Source of the DNA: a virus
Taxonomy: Duplodnaviria > Caudoviricetes
IMG/VR virus record: IMGVR_UViG_3300032320_001447
Span: 96,001 to 160,000 of that record
Reading direction: 5' to 3' (one strand)
DNA: 64,000 nucleotides
The notes below the pieces were generated by a model, which saw only the letters and a list, made by a program, of their open reading frames with translations, made no database searches and was not told the DNA's origin. Of this stretch, positions 27,157 to 36,536 are shown piece after piece; the stretch's first letter is position 1; every line of letters starts with the position of its first letter. Position numbers and translations under genes: made by a program.

Positions 27157-27951
27157 TTATGCTGCCACGAAGCGGTCAGCGATCTGCCATAGGCCTTGAT
27201 TCAGAACCATGTCCTCTATAGGATTGGTGATGGCTCTTGCCGTACGGTTGTTCATCTGATAGCCTCCTTTGATCAGGTTCTCTTGTACTCTATTGAATGT
27301 GTGCCATAGAGTGTTTGCCCTGTCTGCGTCTCGTCTTGGGTTTAGAATCTCCATGATCTCGTACTCCTCGGGCGTTCTGTCAGTTGAGATCCTTAACTTC
27401 AATGCTTCTGTAGCGAATGCTCTTCTCTCTGCCGCTGACATGTCTTTGCCCGCCCATCTTGATATTGTACCTACTGTCTTGTTCATGATGCTCATCTTCT
27501 CTTCTATCTTCTCCTTCAATGAGTCTAAGGTAAACTTGGTGTGTCTCTCTTTGAAGCCACCAAAGTCTTGCGTCTTAAGTACCAAGCCGTTCTCGCATAC
27601 CAATCTGAATAGACCTGCTTCGAACTGTAATGGCTTTGTACCATCGTGTGAGTTAATTACTACTATCTCAGGTCTTGCCTCTACTCCGCCATTCTCGTCT
27701 TTGATGTAGATGTCGGGGTGTTGGAACCTAACGATGTGGATACCGTAGTCCTTACGTAATGCAGACTTGGATTGGGACTGCTGTACCTTTGTCAGTTGCC
27801 ATCCTTGGCCGTTCATCTGATCAATGATACCTGTAGTTGGTGTGAATGTGTATAGCTTCTGATTGATGTAAGAAGCAGGCTCCGTAGCGAAGATTGCTGG
27901 TGCCATTGTCTTTGCGCGTTCTAATGAGATTGTTTCGATTGTTTTTGTCAT
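27157..27951 (-). CDS. DUF932/DUF945 family protein
   Basis: APAIFA, HIVRF, PEIVVINSHDG, GLFRLVCENGLV and LWHTFNRVQENLIKGG motifs. Confidence 0.85.
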   Translation of the reverse strand: MTKTIETISLERAKTMAPAIFATEPASYINQKLYTFTPTTGIIDQMNGQGWQLTKVQQSQSKSALRKDYGIHIVRFQHPDIYIKDENGGVEARPEIVVINSHDGTKPLQFEAGLFRLVCENGLVLKTQDFGGFKERHTKFTLDSLKEKIEEKMSIMNKTVGTISRWAGKDMSAAERRAFATEALKLRISTDRTPEEYEIMEILNPRRDADRANTLWHTFNRVQENLIKGGYQMNNRTARAITNPIEDMVLNQGLWQIADRFVAA

Positions 27952-27985
27952 AACTTTTATTTTATATTTTGATAGAATTGGATAC

Positions 27986-28023
27986 AAAGAAAAGAAGGGA
28001 GAACGTAATTGAACTCCCTTCTT
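27986..28023 (-). terminator. Hairpin / intrinsic terminator
   Basis: aagaagggag/ctcccttctt 10-bp stem followed by TTCTTT on the minus strand. Confidence 0.55.
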
Positions 28024-28029
28024 AGTAGA

Positions 28030-28278
28030 TTATGCCATTAAGCTAGATAACTTAACTGCATTGCTGATACGACCACGAGTTGTATCGTAGGCTTCGTTCA
28101 CGATCTTCTCGTTGAAGTACTTACCAGCAATCACGTCAGATACGTGGGTTGTAGAGAAACCTGTAGTTTCAGCTACGTTTGTAATGTCGCCGTTGCGTAA
28201 TTTGCGGTTGATACGGCTTACTTTCTGGATATAGCTTAACTTAGTGTAGCTACTTGGTCTGTTTGAGTTTGTGCTCAT
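28030..28278 (-). CDS. Small basic HTH DNA-binding protein
   Basis: ITNVAETTGFSTTHVSDVIAGK helix-turn-helix pattern. Confidence 0.6.
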   Translation of the reverse strand: MSTNSNRPSSYTKLSYIQKVSRINRKLRNGDITNVAETTGFSTTHVSDVIAGKYFNEKIVNEAYDTTRGRISNAVKLSSLMA

Positions 28279-28331
28279 GTTGATTGTTTTTGATTAACGA
28301 ATATAGGTAAATATAACCAATTCTGGTGATA

Positions 28332-28673
28332 CTATAAAGCTAAAGTTTTAAGTGCCTCTAACTCTTTGGTGTACTCCTTCATCTTGTCGTTGTACATAGA
28401 TAGACCATAGTCACCCTCTTTATAGTCTTGCATCATTGCCCAAAGTTGTTGGTACTTGATCAAACACTCGAGTATCTCCATTCTTGTCTGTCTTGCAGAT
28501 CTGCGCCATTCGTCGGCTGTCATTGCGATTTCGTAATCCATGTCAAATCTCATGTTCATATTGGCGATCTCCAATCTACTACTCAGCAATCCAATGATAC
28601 CTGCCATTGTGTTGCTTCTTCTTGCTAAAAACAGTTCGTGCGACTCATGCGCAGATTCTAATTCTTGATTCAT
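28332..28673 (-). CDS. Hypothetical protein
   Basis: 113-aa ORF with AATAAAAGTTATATATG start context. Confidence 0.6.
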   Translation of the reverse strand: MNQELESAHESHELFLARRSNTMAGIIGLLSSRLEIANMNMRFDMDYEIAMTADEWRRSARQTRMEILECLIKYQQLWAMMQDYKEGDYGLSMYNDKMKEYTKELEALKTLAL

Positions 28674-28698
28674 ATATAACTTTTATTTGATTTAATTT

Positions 28699-28929
28699 TT
28701 ATTCTGCCCAACCACTGAATGGATCTACGTAGTGATTTAATTCATTGGTGTTTAACTTGTATTCGTCCGTTTTAGTTTTTACCAATACTGTCGCTTTATT
28801 AACTTTAGTTATTACGCCGTACTCAGTAGTATCGTAATAACTCATACCTCGTTCATTACTAAATGTAAGGAATTGAACGCGATCGCCTACTTGGAATGTT
28901 ACTACTGGTTGTTTTGTTATCTTTATCAT
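28699..28929 (-). CDS. Small SH3/KOW-like hypothetical protein
   Basis: FQVGDRVQF...GVITKVNKATVLVK. Confidence 0.5.
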   Translation of the reverse strand: MIKITKQPVVTFQVGDRVQFLTFSNERGMSYYDTTEYGVITKVNKATVLVKTKTDEYKLNTNELNHYVDPFSGWAE

Positions 28930-29118
28930 ATTACTTAGTTTTATTGTGTTCTTCAATCGCATTCAATAAGGTCTGAGCTCTATAAGCTATAGCGTCTATA
29001 TCTGCCTCTTTACGGCCTGATGTCCACGTATCGCTATTAAACAATTCACATAGGGCGATTTCAACTGTCTTTAATTCTGCGGGTGTTAATTCTAATTTCA
29101 TATATAACTTTTATTTAA

Positions 29119-29409
29119 TTACAAACTTGATGCAATGATCTTGCGTGCAGCTTCTTTCGTAAAACCAACCATAACGATGTCAGAGATAAGCTGGCCTACG
29201 TTCTGGAACTTTCCGTTCTTAACGTTGTACTGCGCTGCCAAAGCTTTGATGGTGGTGCCTTCGCGCTTAAACATAGCGAGGAAACTGTTGGCCTGCTTGA
29301 TCTGGTTACGCGTTCTACAAGAGATATTGTGCTTGGTGCCCAAGATATCTGTATAGGTTACTACTGCGTTGAAACTTACGCTGGCATTGGACTGTATCAT
29401 TTTTCTCAT
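29119..29409 (-). CDS. Hypothetical early protein
   Basis: Likely start MRKMIQ at 29409, downstream of the promoter box at 29464. Confidence 0.55.
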   Translation of the reverse strand: MRKMIQSNASVSFNAVVTYTDILGTKHNISCRTRNQIKQANSFLAMFKREGTTIKALAAQYNVKNGKFQNVGQLISDIVMVGFTKEAARKIIASSL

Positions 29410-29612
29410 AACTAATTGGTTTTCAATGGGTTGAGCGGTTAATAGGGTGGGCTGCAACCATAGTAAAAGTACTACAAATAGCGATACCAAAAAAATATTT
29501 AGCCTCTTTTTTTAAAACTTCTCGATTGAGAACCAATCAGTTATAACGCGTTGATACCCAAAGTGTTCCACGCAGAAAGAGGGGCCTCCCCATTGGAAAC
29601 CAATCAGTTATG
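29407..29612 (-). promoter_or_regulatory. Composite early promoter, copy 1
   Basis: TACTTTTA box (29464-29471) plus AAYCAAYSVGTTAT-type sites at 29531, 29543 (inverted), 29598 and 29408 (inverted). Confidence 0.6.
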
Positions 29613-30024
29613 AGTATTTAGCCCACCTGCTGTCTAGCTCGGCTTGGCATACACTCATCAATTTATGTAAGGTTGGATTGTCTGGAAACTGAGCCAAACG
29701 TTTATTTAGAACATGGACAGAGAAGTGTATCGATCCGCCCTTTAACCTATTGTCTTGATTAAGCATAGGAATATAATTCATATAGTTGAAACAAAGCATA
29801 AGATCCTCTCTCTTCTCTATATCAAATAGATTCTGAGGCACTACATGATCCAGCTGCCATTCCGTTCCGTAATTCATTCTATTGATTGACTCGTCCCAAA
29901 AATGGCTGTCTATAAAGTCCATGAACTGGATCTTGCCGATTCCTATGATCTCGCTTATGATCTTGCATGGTAAATTGGTAGAGTAGTATCTATTGACTTG
30001 CTGTTGTAGTTGTTTCTTATTCAT
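29608..30024 (-). CDS. HNH-family endonuclease-like protein
   Basis: NYGTEWQLDHVVP..LFD...CFNYMN..P....N..K; ATATTTAT 6 nt upstream of ATG 30024. Confidence 0.65.
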   Translation of the reverse strand: MNKKQLQQQVNRYYSTNLPCKIISEIIGIGKIQFMDFIDSHFWDESINRMNYGTEWQLDHVVPQNLFDIEKREDLMLCFNYMNYIPMLNQDNRLKGGSIHFSVHVLNKRLAQFPDNPTLHKLMSVCQAELDSRWAKYS

Positions 30025-30263
30025 ATAGTAATAAATATGTGCACTACTGCACAATTAGATTTTTTTCGTATTGTATTGGATCCGGGCGTATATACAAAAA
30101 TATTCCTGGATGGTGGGCACAAATAAGATATTTATAAGTTCCACACCATGGGGCCACCTCACCTCAGGATCTGCTCTCTAGCATTGACACTTTTTAACAC
30201 AAATTGACACTTTTTACCACCCGCTTTTTACCATACTCTCACGCCATTTCCAGTACACACAAT

Positions 30264-30292
30264 AAAAAACCCCAACGTAGAAACGTTAGGGC
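30264..30292 (-). terminator. Intrinsic terminator
   Basis: Minus strand GCCCTAACG-TTTCTA-CGTTGGGGTTTTTT. Confidence 0.75.
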
Positions 30293-30315
30293 TCGGTTTT
30301 ATCCTAAAAAATCTC

Positions 30316-30939
30316 TTATTTAATTCTCCAGTATACTCCGCTGTTAACGTAAGGAGTCCATACTAGGTTCGTGTTGTCCACTCTTTGATTGCTGTATCCT
30401 ATACCTAGGTTGTATACTCTTTTGTCCTTCTTGCTATTCATTAGCACTCCAATTCCAAGATGCGATACCAGATTGGTGTGGTTTAATCCGCCTTCGAAAC
30501 CGTAGTACAGCTTTCTCTTTGCGGGCTCTTTAACTAGTACTGTGTCCTTCTTGATCTCTAATCTCGGTTTGATACTTGCGATAAAGCTTCTAGAGAATAT
30601 CCTGTTCTCTGTAATAGAGTCTAGTACTGATACCGAGCCTTCTGATAGTCTTAATGTGTCTTGGTACCCAACTCTTGAGTAGTACTGCTTTAATATGCTT
30701 GCTGTGTCTACTAGGGCTGGTACTACGACCTCCTTCTCTACTGTGACCTTCTTGTATACGGTCTTGCCCTTCTTGAACACTACCTTTTGGTCTACTACTG
30801 TTACTGTGTCTGTGGTGCTCTTTAAGACTTCGTACGGTTTGTCAATATAGACTTTCTCTTTAGGACCAAACCACTTTAATGCCAACAAAGAGATCAACAC
30901 AACGATCGCAATGTTCTTTACGCTTAATAACTGTTTCAT
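30316..30939 (-). CDS. Membrane-anchored protein with C-terminal beta strands (spanin-like candidate)
   Basis: N-terminal TM/signal segment, DT(V/L) repeats, ends with the aromatic strand GVYWRIK. Confidence 0.45.
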   Translation of the reverse strand: MKQLLSVKNIAIVVLISLLALKWFGPKEKVYIDKPYEVLKSTTDTVTVVDQKVVFKKGKTVYKKVTVEKEVVVPALVDTASILKQYYSRVGYQDTLRLSEGSVSVLDSITENRIFSRSFIASIKPRLEIKKDTVLVKEPAKRKLYYGFEGGLNHTNLVSHLGIGVLMNSKKDKRVYNLGIGYSNQRVDNTNLVWTPYVNSGVYWRIK

Positions 30940-30976
30940 TTTATTTTGTTTTTATATATAATTTTGATTCTGGCTT

Positions 30977-31189
30977 TTATAGCTTCTCGATCTCTTGTCT
31001 TACTTCTAACCAATAACTTTCTACTGTTCCACTCCAATCAAGCCATTCTGGTTCTGGTTCCGACAGTCTTGCCTTTAATATCTCATCTACTGCTATTAAT
31101 GCACAGGCTTTGGCTCTCTCTTTTGAGTTAGTGTTTGTGTGTTGGTAAAACTTATCTACCAAATCTACGGCTTTCTCTTGTGGTGTCAT
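30977..31189 (-). CDS. Small phage hypothetical protein
   Basis: MTPQEKA..LV.KF...AK.CALIAVDEIL...YW.EV.QEIEKL pattern. Confidence 0.6.
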   Translation of the reverse strand: MTPQEKAVDLVDKFYQHTNTNSKERAKACALIAVDEILKARLSEPEPEWLDWSGTVESYWLEVRQEIEKL

Positions 31190-31204
31190 ACGCTTTCTCT
31201 TTAC

Positions 31205-31489
31205 TTAAATCCAATGTGTATTCGTGGGCTTAACTAGTCTACTTATCTCCTCTTGTACCTTTACTGCTATTGCCAATTCTAATGCCTTCTGCTTAAAGTC
31301 TGTAGTGAAATAGAACCTTGGCCAATTCGACTTCATCTTGATTTGGTGTAGCTCGAAGCCTGGAATTAGAGTCATGTCTTGCATTACTCTATCCATGTAC
31401 TCGGTCACCTTTGGCTCGTCGAACTCTAGTCCGTCCCATAAGCTCGGTATCCACTGCTTGTACTTGAGGTTGAATTCTTTCTGTGTCAT
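31205..31489 (-). CDS. Hypothetical protein
   Basis: Likely start MTQKEFN. Confidence 0.5.
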   Translation of the reverse strand: MTQKEFNLKYKQWIPSLWDGLEFDEPKVTEYMDRVMQDMTLIPGFELHQIKMKSNWPRFYFTTDFKQKALELAIAVKVQEEISRLVKPTNTHWI

Positions 31490-31490
31490 A

Positions 31491-31763
31491 CTAGATCTCT
31501 GCGTTGTACGATTTAAAATTATCGTGATGCGCTGAGTAACCACGGATTCTGCCAAACAATGGCGTCCACTCTTTTGTTACTACTTCCTTCTCCATCTCGA
31601 TCTTGTTGATCGTGTAGTCGCTTTCACTTAGCACTTTCGCTACGTAGGCAGACACGTCCTTAATGTTCTCGTACTCTCTTTCAATACCGTTCTTGAATGT
31701 GATCTTGATCTTACTTCCACCCTCGATCAATGACAATGGGTTCATTTCGTACCGGTTTCTCAT
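31491..31763 (-). CDS. Hypothetical protein
   Basis: AAAGTTATG start; TATATTTG box upstream. Confidence 0.55.
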   Translation of the reverse strand: MRNRYEMNPLSLIEGGSKIKITFKNGIEREYENIKDVSAYVAKVLSESDYTINKIEMEKEVVTKEWTPLFGRIRGYSAHHDNFKSYNAEI

Positions 31764-31795
31764 AACTTTAGTTGTTGTTTGTTATCAAATATACT

Positions 31796-32452
31796 CTATT
31801 TCTTCCTCTTTGCGAAATCTAAGTCTTTAGTGCTCTGTCTCTCTATCATATCGTAGTAGTAGGAGTCGGTGTCCTCCGATACCCACCTGTCCGATTGGTT
31901 CTCTACCGAAACCAAATCCGTGTCGACCTTGAACTGCTTCAAGTCTTGAGGTAACGGCTTTGTCACCCAATTCGAGTCCTTCCAAAACAGTCTGTTGTTC
32001 GGCATACATACCAAATAGCCTTCGTCGCTCTTTAGTACGTGTCCGCACTTGTAGTCCGATGGCTCGTTACTGTACGGGTTGTCGTACCAATCGATGGTAA
32101 ACATGTACGTGCACCAAACCTGACTGCCGTCCCTTAATGTGGCCTGCGCTCTGTGATTGGCCAAGAACTCGTACTCTGTTACGCTCGCGTTCTCGCTAAA
32201 GCAGTCCCATAACTGCTTGTAGTGGTACGGCACATCGTTGGTTGGGGCTTTCGTGTAGATCTCGCTTATTGGTACTCGGCTTCTTAACATGCCCGAGTCG
32301 GTCATCACGTGAAAGGTAAGTATTTTGCCCGTTACGGACTGAGCACCGAACACGTACACGTCGTAGTACTCGTTCTCGTCATCACTGCTTTTGGTAAAGT
32401 GGCTCTTTTTTACCAAGGCTTTAAAGCTCGGCACGTTTAGGTTTAATCGCAT
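31796..32452 (-). CDS. Phage hypothetical protein
   Basis: QLWDCFS, YMFTIDW, KCGHVL and PNNR motifs; 218 aa. Confidence 0.6.
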   Translation of the reverse strand: MRLNLNVPSFKALVKKSHFTKSSDDENEYYDVYVFGAQSVTGKILTFHVMTDSGMLRSRVPISEIYTKAPTNDVPYHYKQLWDCFSENASVTEYEFLANHRAQATLRDGSQVWCTYMFTIDWYDNPYSNEPSDYKCGHVLKSDEGYLVCMPNNRLFWKDSNWVTKPLPQDLKQFKVDTDLVSVENQSDRWVSEDTDSYYYDMIERQSTKDLDFAKRKK

Positions 32453-32688
32453 TTATTTACCGCTTTTTTGTCTTATCCAATTGTACATGTAGTCTCTCGA
32501 TGATGGTGTGGCTTCCGTAGGTTTTGATTGCCACGATTCCGAAGCAGCCAACGAACCGGTCAACTCGCTTGACTGTGAGTGGTGATTCGTCGTCGTATTA
32601 TCATTAGTATCGGGTCGGGTCATCTATCTTTGTATTTACTAGGTTCTCGGGATCGATCTTGTTCTTAGTCGTGTTATAAGTCTCTCTT

Positions 32689-33585
32689 CTAATTCTGTTT
32701 AAGAAACGGTAGTATTGCTAACTCTTTTGCTTTCGATTCAACCATGCAGTCCACCTCGATTCCATACGTATCGGGAAGTGCATTGATGTATTCTGAGTGA
32801 GCTTGTGGTTTTTGTTTAGCGTCGTTCTCGTGTAATGCTTTTGATTCTGAATAGTGTACGATAGGTCGTATGCCTTTTGGCCATGTAGTAGTTGCTAGTT
32901 CTAATGCCTCTTTCTCAGTCATATCTCCAGTACAAAATTGGTGGTGATGGTAGTCGAATACAATGGGAATGCCTAACTTCTTATGAATGTACATTAGGTC
33001 TTTAACAGAGTACATAGACGCTTTATCATCGTTCTCTACTGTTAACCTACTACGTACAGAGTCAGAAAGTCTATTAAAGTTTTCGCAGAATCTATCCATA
33101 GCGGTGATCTTGTCTCCGTATACTCCGTTACAGTGTATGTTGATCTTGTTGTATGGAGTTTTAGAAAGACCCATCATATCGAATAGTTTAGCGTGCATTT
33201 CCAAATCGGATATTGCATTGTCGACTACACTGTCCTTTGGTGAAGTAAGTACTACGAATGGACCTGGATGGCACGTGATTCTCATATCCCAAAGTTTGGC
33301 AAAGTCTCCAGCCTTTTTTAGTTCGGACTTGATCTCTTCGTAGTCCTTTAGTTGAGTTATGTCTATGTTATTTCCCCATGGAATTATACTAGACGATAGC
33401 CTAAACAGTTTTATTCCGTGTTGCCTATTCCACTCTAGTATCTTAATGATATCTCTAGAATTTAGGAGTGCCAACTCTGAGACATAGTCCATTCCTTTGG
33501 CTTCGAATGTGCGTTTCATCATTGTTCTATTCGTACTAACCTCTTTCTGCATTGTCATATTGATGCACGCGTATCCTAAATTCAT
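32689..33585 (-). CDS. uvsE: UV-damage endonuclease
   Basis: LGYACIN, LFRLSS, HPGPF, INIH..G.YG, RLTVENDD, PIVFDYHHH, HYSES, QAHS and ESKAKE motifs. Confidence 0.93.
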   Translation of the reverse strand: MNLGYACINMTMQKEVSTNRTMMKRTFEAKGMDYVSELALLNSRDIIKILEWNRQHGIKLFRLSSSIIPWGNNIDITQLKDYEEIKSELKKAGDFAKLWDMRITCHPGPFVVLTSPKDSVVDNAISDLEMHAKLFDMMGLSKTPYNKINIHCNGVYGDKITAMDRFCENFNRLSDSVRSRLTVENDDKASMYSVKDLMYIHKKLGIPIVFDYHHHQFCTGDMTEKEALELATTTWPKGIRPIVHYSESKALHENDAKQKPQAHSEYINALPDTYGIEVDCMVESKAKELAILPFLKQN

Positions 33586-33712
33586 AACTTTTATTTTTTT
33601 GGTTTCTTGTGGAAAGTCTTAATATCTTCATCGCTGTATGGAGCACACTTAGCTTCGTAAGCTATCCATATCCACGTACCGATCAATCCTATTACAATAT
33701 ACAACATAATTT

Positions 33713-33931
33713 TTATATTTTGTTTAATATCTTTTCTGCCTCTTTACATAATTCACTACCATCTATTTGATTTCCGTGTGGTAATGGCGTATCTTTTTGG
33801 TAACTTGAAGGAGATTGATACCACAGAGATGAATCAACAAACTTCTTTTGGTATTCTATGTGTAACTTTGTCCATGTTGTAGAGTTACTTTCGCACAGTT
33901 TGTTGACGAATTGAGCTTCTTCCTTAGTCAT
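33713..33931 (-). CDS. Hypothetical protein
   Basis: Coupled small ORF. Confidence 0.5.
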   Translation of the reverse strand: MTKEEAQFVNKLCESNSTTWTKLHIEYQKKFVDSSLWYQSPSSYQKDTPLPHGNQIDGSELCKEAEKILNKI

Positions 33932-34179
33932 TACTGAACTATTTTAACGTATCTACTGAAGCAATACTTCTTTAGAACCTCATAAGCCGGTGCATTATCG
34001 TAGCATCCTAAACCCATGTTTTCTAAGATAACCTTCACGTCTTCTATGGTCTTTACTTTTTCCCAATCTATAGGATACCAAATAGGTTCTTTAGTCTGAC
34101 CCATGTTAATTACGTTGGCTTCTAAAGTGTCTTGCGCTTTAGACGCTTTCTTTGTCGCTGTTTTCTTTGTGGTTGCCAT
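33931..34179 (-). CDS. Hypothetical protein
   Basis: Coupled small ORF with a basic N-terminus. Confidence 0.5.
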   Translation of the reverse strand: MATTKKTATKKASKAQDTLEANVINMGQTKEPIWYPIDWEKVKTIEDVKVILENMGLGCYDNAPAYEVLKKYCFSRYVKIVQ

Positions 34180-34477
34180 TTTCTTTTTCTTTTTGCTGAA
34201 TGTTTTTTAATGCTTCGTACAATGCCTCTTGAATTACTGGACTTCTTTTCTCGTAGTCTTCCGCCATAACCCAATGGCTCTTCTTTTTTTGTTCTTTATT
34301 CTCAAGAATTTCTTTGATAGTTCTTGGTTTTACAGGAATATTCTTCCATAATGTGTCCTTTCTTTTAAGGAGTTCTGCTAATACCTGTAGTCTTTCTCTT
34401 TCCATTCTCTCAGCAAAGAACGTAAGCAAGAACCGTCTCTCGATGATTTCATGCCATATTGCTTTAAGCTTCTTCAT
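34139..34477 (-). CDS. Hypothetical protein
   Basis: ORF in a tandem minus-strand array. Confidence 0.45.
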   Translation of the reverse strand: MKKLKAIWHEIIERRFLLTFFAERMERERLQVLAELLKRKDTLWKNIPVKPRTIKEILENKEQKKKSHWVMAEDYEKRSPVIQEALYEALKNIQQKEKENGNHKENSDKESV

Positions 34478-34803
34478 TCTTAACTTCTTTTTTAACTGGT
34501 CTCTCTTGAGATTTCCAATCTGATTTTGGTACGTAAGACCACTGACTGCCTTCCATTTGTCTGGCTTGTACGTCAGATACTCTAATGATGTTGCCTGTTT
34601 TTTTGTTTTTTAAACATTTCATCTTTTTCCATGTTTTATTTGATTAAGAAATACATTTTAAATTTACACAATTTATTACACTCTTGTATTAATTTATTTA
34701 TGGTGTCCTTCCACTCTTTGTGCTCTGCTTTCTTTCTTTTATCTGGCTGTTTAGAAAACATATTTTCTATTTGATCTACTATGTCTACTACAAAGGCCAT
34801 AAA

Positions 34804-35070
34804 TTAAAATCTTTTGGCTAAGTTTACTATAAAGGCCTCTTCTTCTTTAGATAGAGCATTCCATTTTGTACACAGCTTATCTAATGCTTCTATGAATTCT
34901 AATTCAGTGGCACATACTTGTCTATCTATATGTGTATCTTTTATGTGTCCTTTCTCTTTTAACCAATCTATGACTTCATCAATTTCTGAAGTGTCACAAT
35001 CTTCTAAAAAATCATTAACTTCTACGTCAACGTCAATCTCTGTGTCTACCGGTACTAAAATGTTTGGCAT
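34804..35070 (-). CDS. Acidic hypothetical protein
   Basis: Likely start MPNIL with AAGGTTATG context. Confidence 0.55.
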   Translation of the reverse strand: MPNILVPVDTEIDVDVEVNDFLEDCDTSEIDEVIDWLKEKGHIKDTHIDRQVCATELEFIEALDKLCTKWNALSKEEEAFIVNLAKRF

Positions 35071-35074
35071 AACC

Positions 35075-35827
35075 TTATTTTTTTGTTTTATTAAATGATA
35101 TATGACCATCTGTGATAATCATATACTCTTGACTTGTTTCTTGTACGTCAACGAAATAATATCTACCGCCTGTTGCCTTACCCTCCTTGTCTATCTCGTT
35201 TTGATATGTGTGACCAACCACTTGAATAATTTTCTTACGCAATGTTTTTTTATTGGCCTCCATTAAAGCTTTAGGTCTTATCCACATCGGTCCTTGATAT
35301 GTCTCGTTACCATAACCACTTGCTCCAGCCCATTCTGTTGCACTGAACATTTTAAAGGATCTATAGTCTAACGATAGTGGTGTATATTTAAACAACTCGT
35401 TAATCTTATCGACCATATTCTCTTCTGTCCAATCTGTAATAGTGTCGTCTAACCACTCGCTACTAATTCCTGCGTGGCTGAATACAAATTTTCCAATTCT
35501 ATGTGCAACTTGTAGATGCTTACGATTCTCATCAACTAATTGCTTAATGGATGGAGCCATTCTCGTTTGATAACCCGAAGTGGAGCTATCGCCTATCTCA
35601 GGAAAGTAGTGATAATCGTGGTTACCTATTAGCATGATAACTTCTTCGCCTATAGTTTGTTTAAACTCCACGATCTCTTTAAAGTTGTGCATCTGTTCTA
35701 CAGCAGAAATATCAAACGAATCGAAGTAGTCACCTAAGAATACAAATCTATCTGCGTCACTCTCTTGAGCTACGATCTGTTTCCATTGATCTCTACCGTG
35801 CACGTCTCCTATTATAACCGTTTTCAT
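35075..35827 (-). CDS. Calcineurin-like metallophosphoesterase
   Basis: GDVHG, GDYFDS, GNHD, SHAG and GHT motifs. Confidence 0.9.
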   Translation of the reverse strand: MKTVIIGDVHGRDQWKQIVAQESDADRFVFLGDYFDSFDISAVEQMHNFKEIVEFKQTIGEEVIMLIGNHDYHYFPEIGDSSTSGYQTRMAPSIKQLVDENRKHLQVAHRIGKFVFSHAGISSEWLDDTITDWTEENMVDKINELFKYTPLSLDYRSFKMFSATEWAGASGYGNETYQGPMWIRPKALMEANKKTLRKKIIQVVGHTYQNEIDKEGKATGGRYYFVDVQETSQEYMIITDGHISFNKTKK

Positions 35828-35863
35828 AAGTAAATTTAATCTAATAAATAATGCTAATAAAAT

Positions 35864-36205
35864 CTATTTCCAAAGTACCTGAATTGCTACGATTAAAAAA
35901 CCGAGTAGCAAACTTACAATAGTTTTTAGTGTAAATGGCTCTTTAAACATGATCGCGCTAAGTACTGTAAACATGATTATGCCTATAGAAAAACCGAGTA
36001 GTCTGCTTTCCCATATAGATCCATTGAACGCGTTGATAAAATACTGCACTGATTTAATGTAGAACCAACTTAAAGGAACCGCCATTAGTAGTAGAGGCAC
36101 TGTGTACTTAGGATACCACCCATATTTTAGTGCTGCTTGTAATTGTACGAACGATCCTACTTGACCGAGGATCCCGTATAGGATACCGAAAACTAAATTT
36201 TGCAT
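35864..36205 (-). CDS. Four-helix membrane protein (SMR/DMT-like)
   Basis: Four hydrophobic segments; FKEPFTLKTIVSLLL. Confidence 0.55.
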   Translation of the reverse strand: MQNLVFGILYGILGQVGSFVQLQAALKYGWYPKYTVPLLLMAVPLSWFYIKSVQYFINAFNGSIWESRLLGFSIGIIMFTVLSAIMFKEPFTLKTIVSLLLGFLIVAIQVLWK

Positions 36206-36222
36206 AACTGTTTTTGTTTATA

Positions 36223-36507
36223 TTACTCTTCCGTTGGCATCGTCAAATTCATCATGTCTCCGCCAGTTTCTTCTACTTTCTTTCCTTTCTTTCCTTTGTT
36301 AATCAACTTATTCATTTCAGTTTTGATCTCCTTTAAAGAAGCAGCGTATTGTTCTAACTGCTCTCTTTCCTCTGTGGTAAGGTTCTGAATTGCCTCTTTA
36401 ACTGTTACAATCGTAGGTTCTGTTACCATACCAGTTACAGTGTCTATGCCTTCTGATAGTAAACTCGCTATTTGTTTTGAATAGTCTTGTGGTTTTATGT
36501 AGCTCAT
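36223..36507 (-). CDS. Hypothetical protein with candidate late promoter
   Basis: ATATTTAT at 36525-36532. Confidence 0.55.
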   Translation of the reverse strand: MSYIKPQDYSKQIASLLSEGIDTVTGMVTEPTIVTVKEAIQNLTTEEREQLEQYAASLKEIKTEMNKLINKGKKGKKVEETGGDMMNLTMPTEE

Positions 36508-36536
36508 GTGTCTTGTTTGTATTAATAAATATTAAC

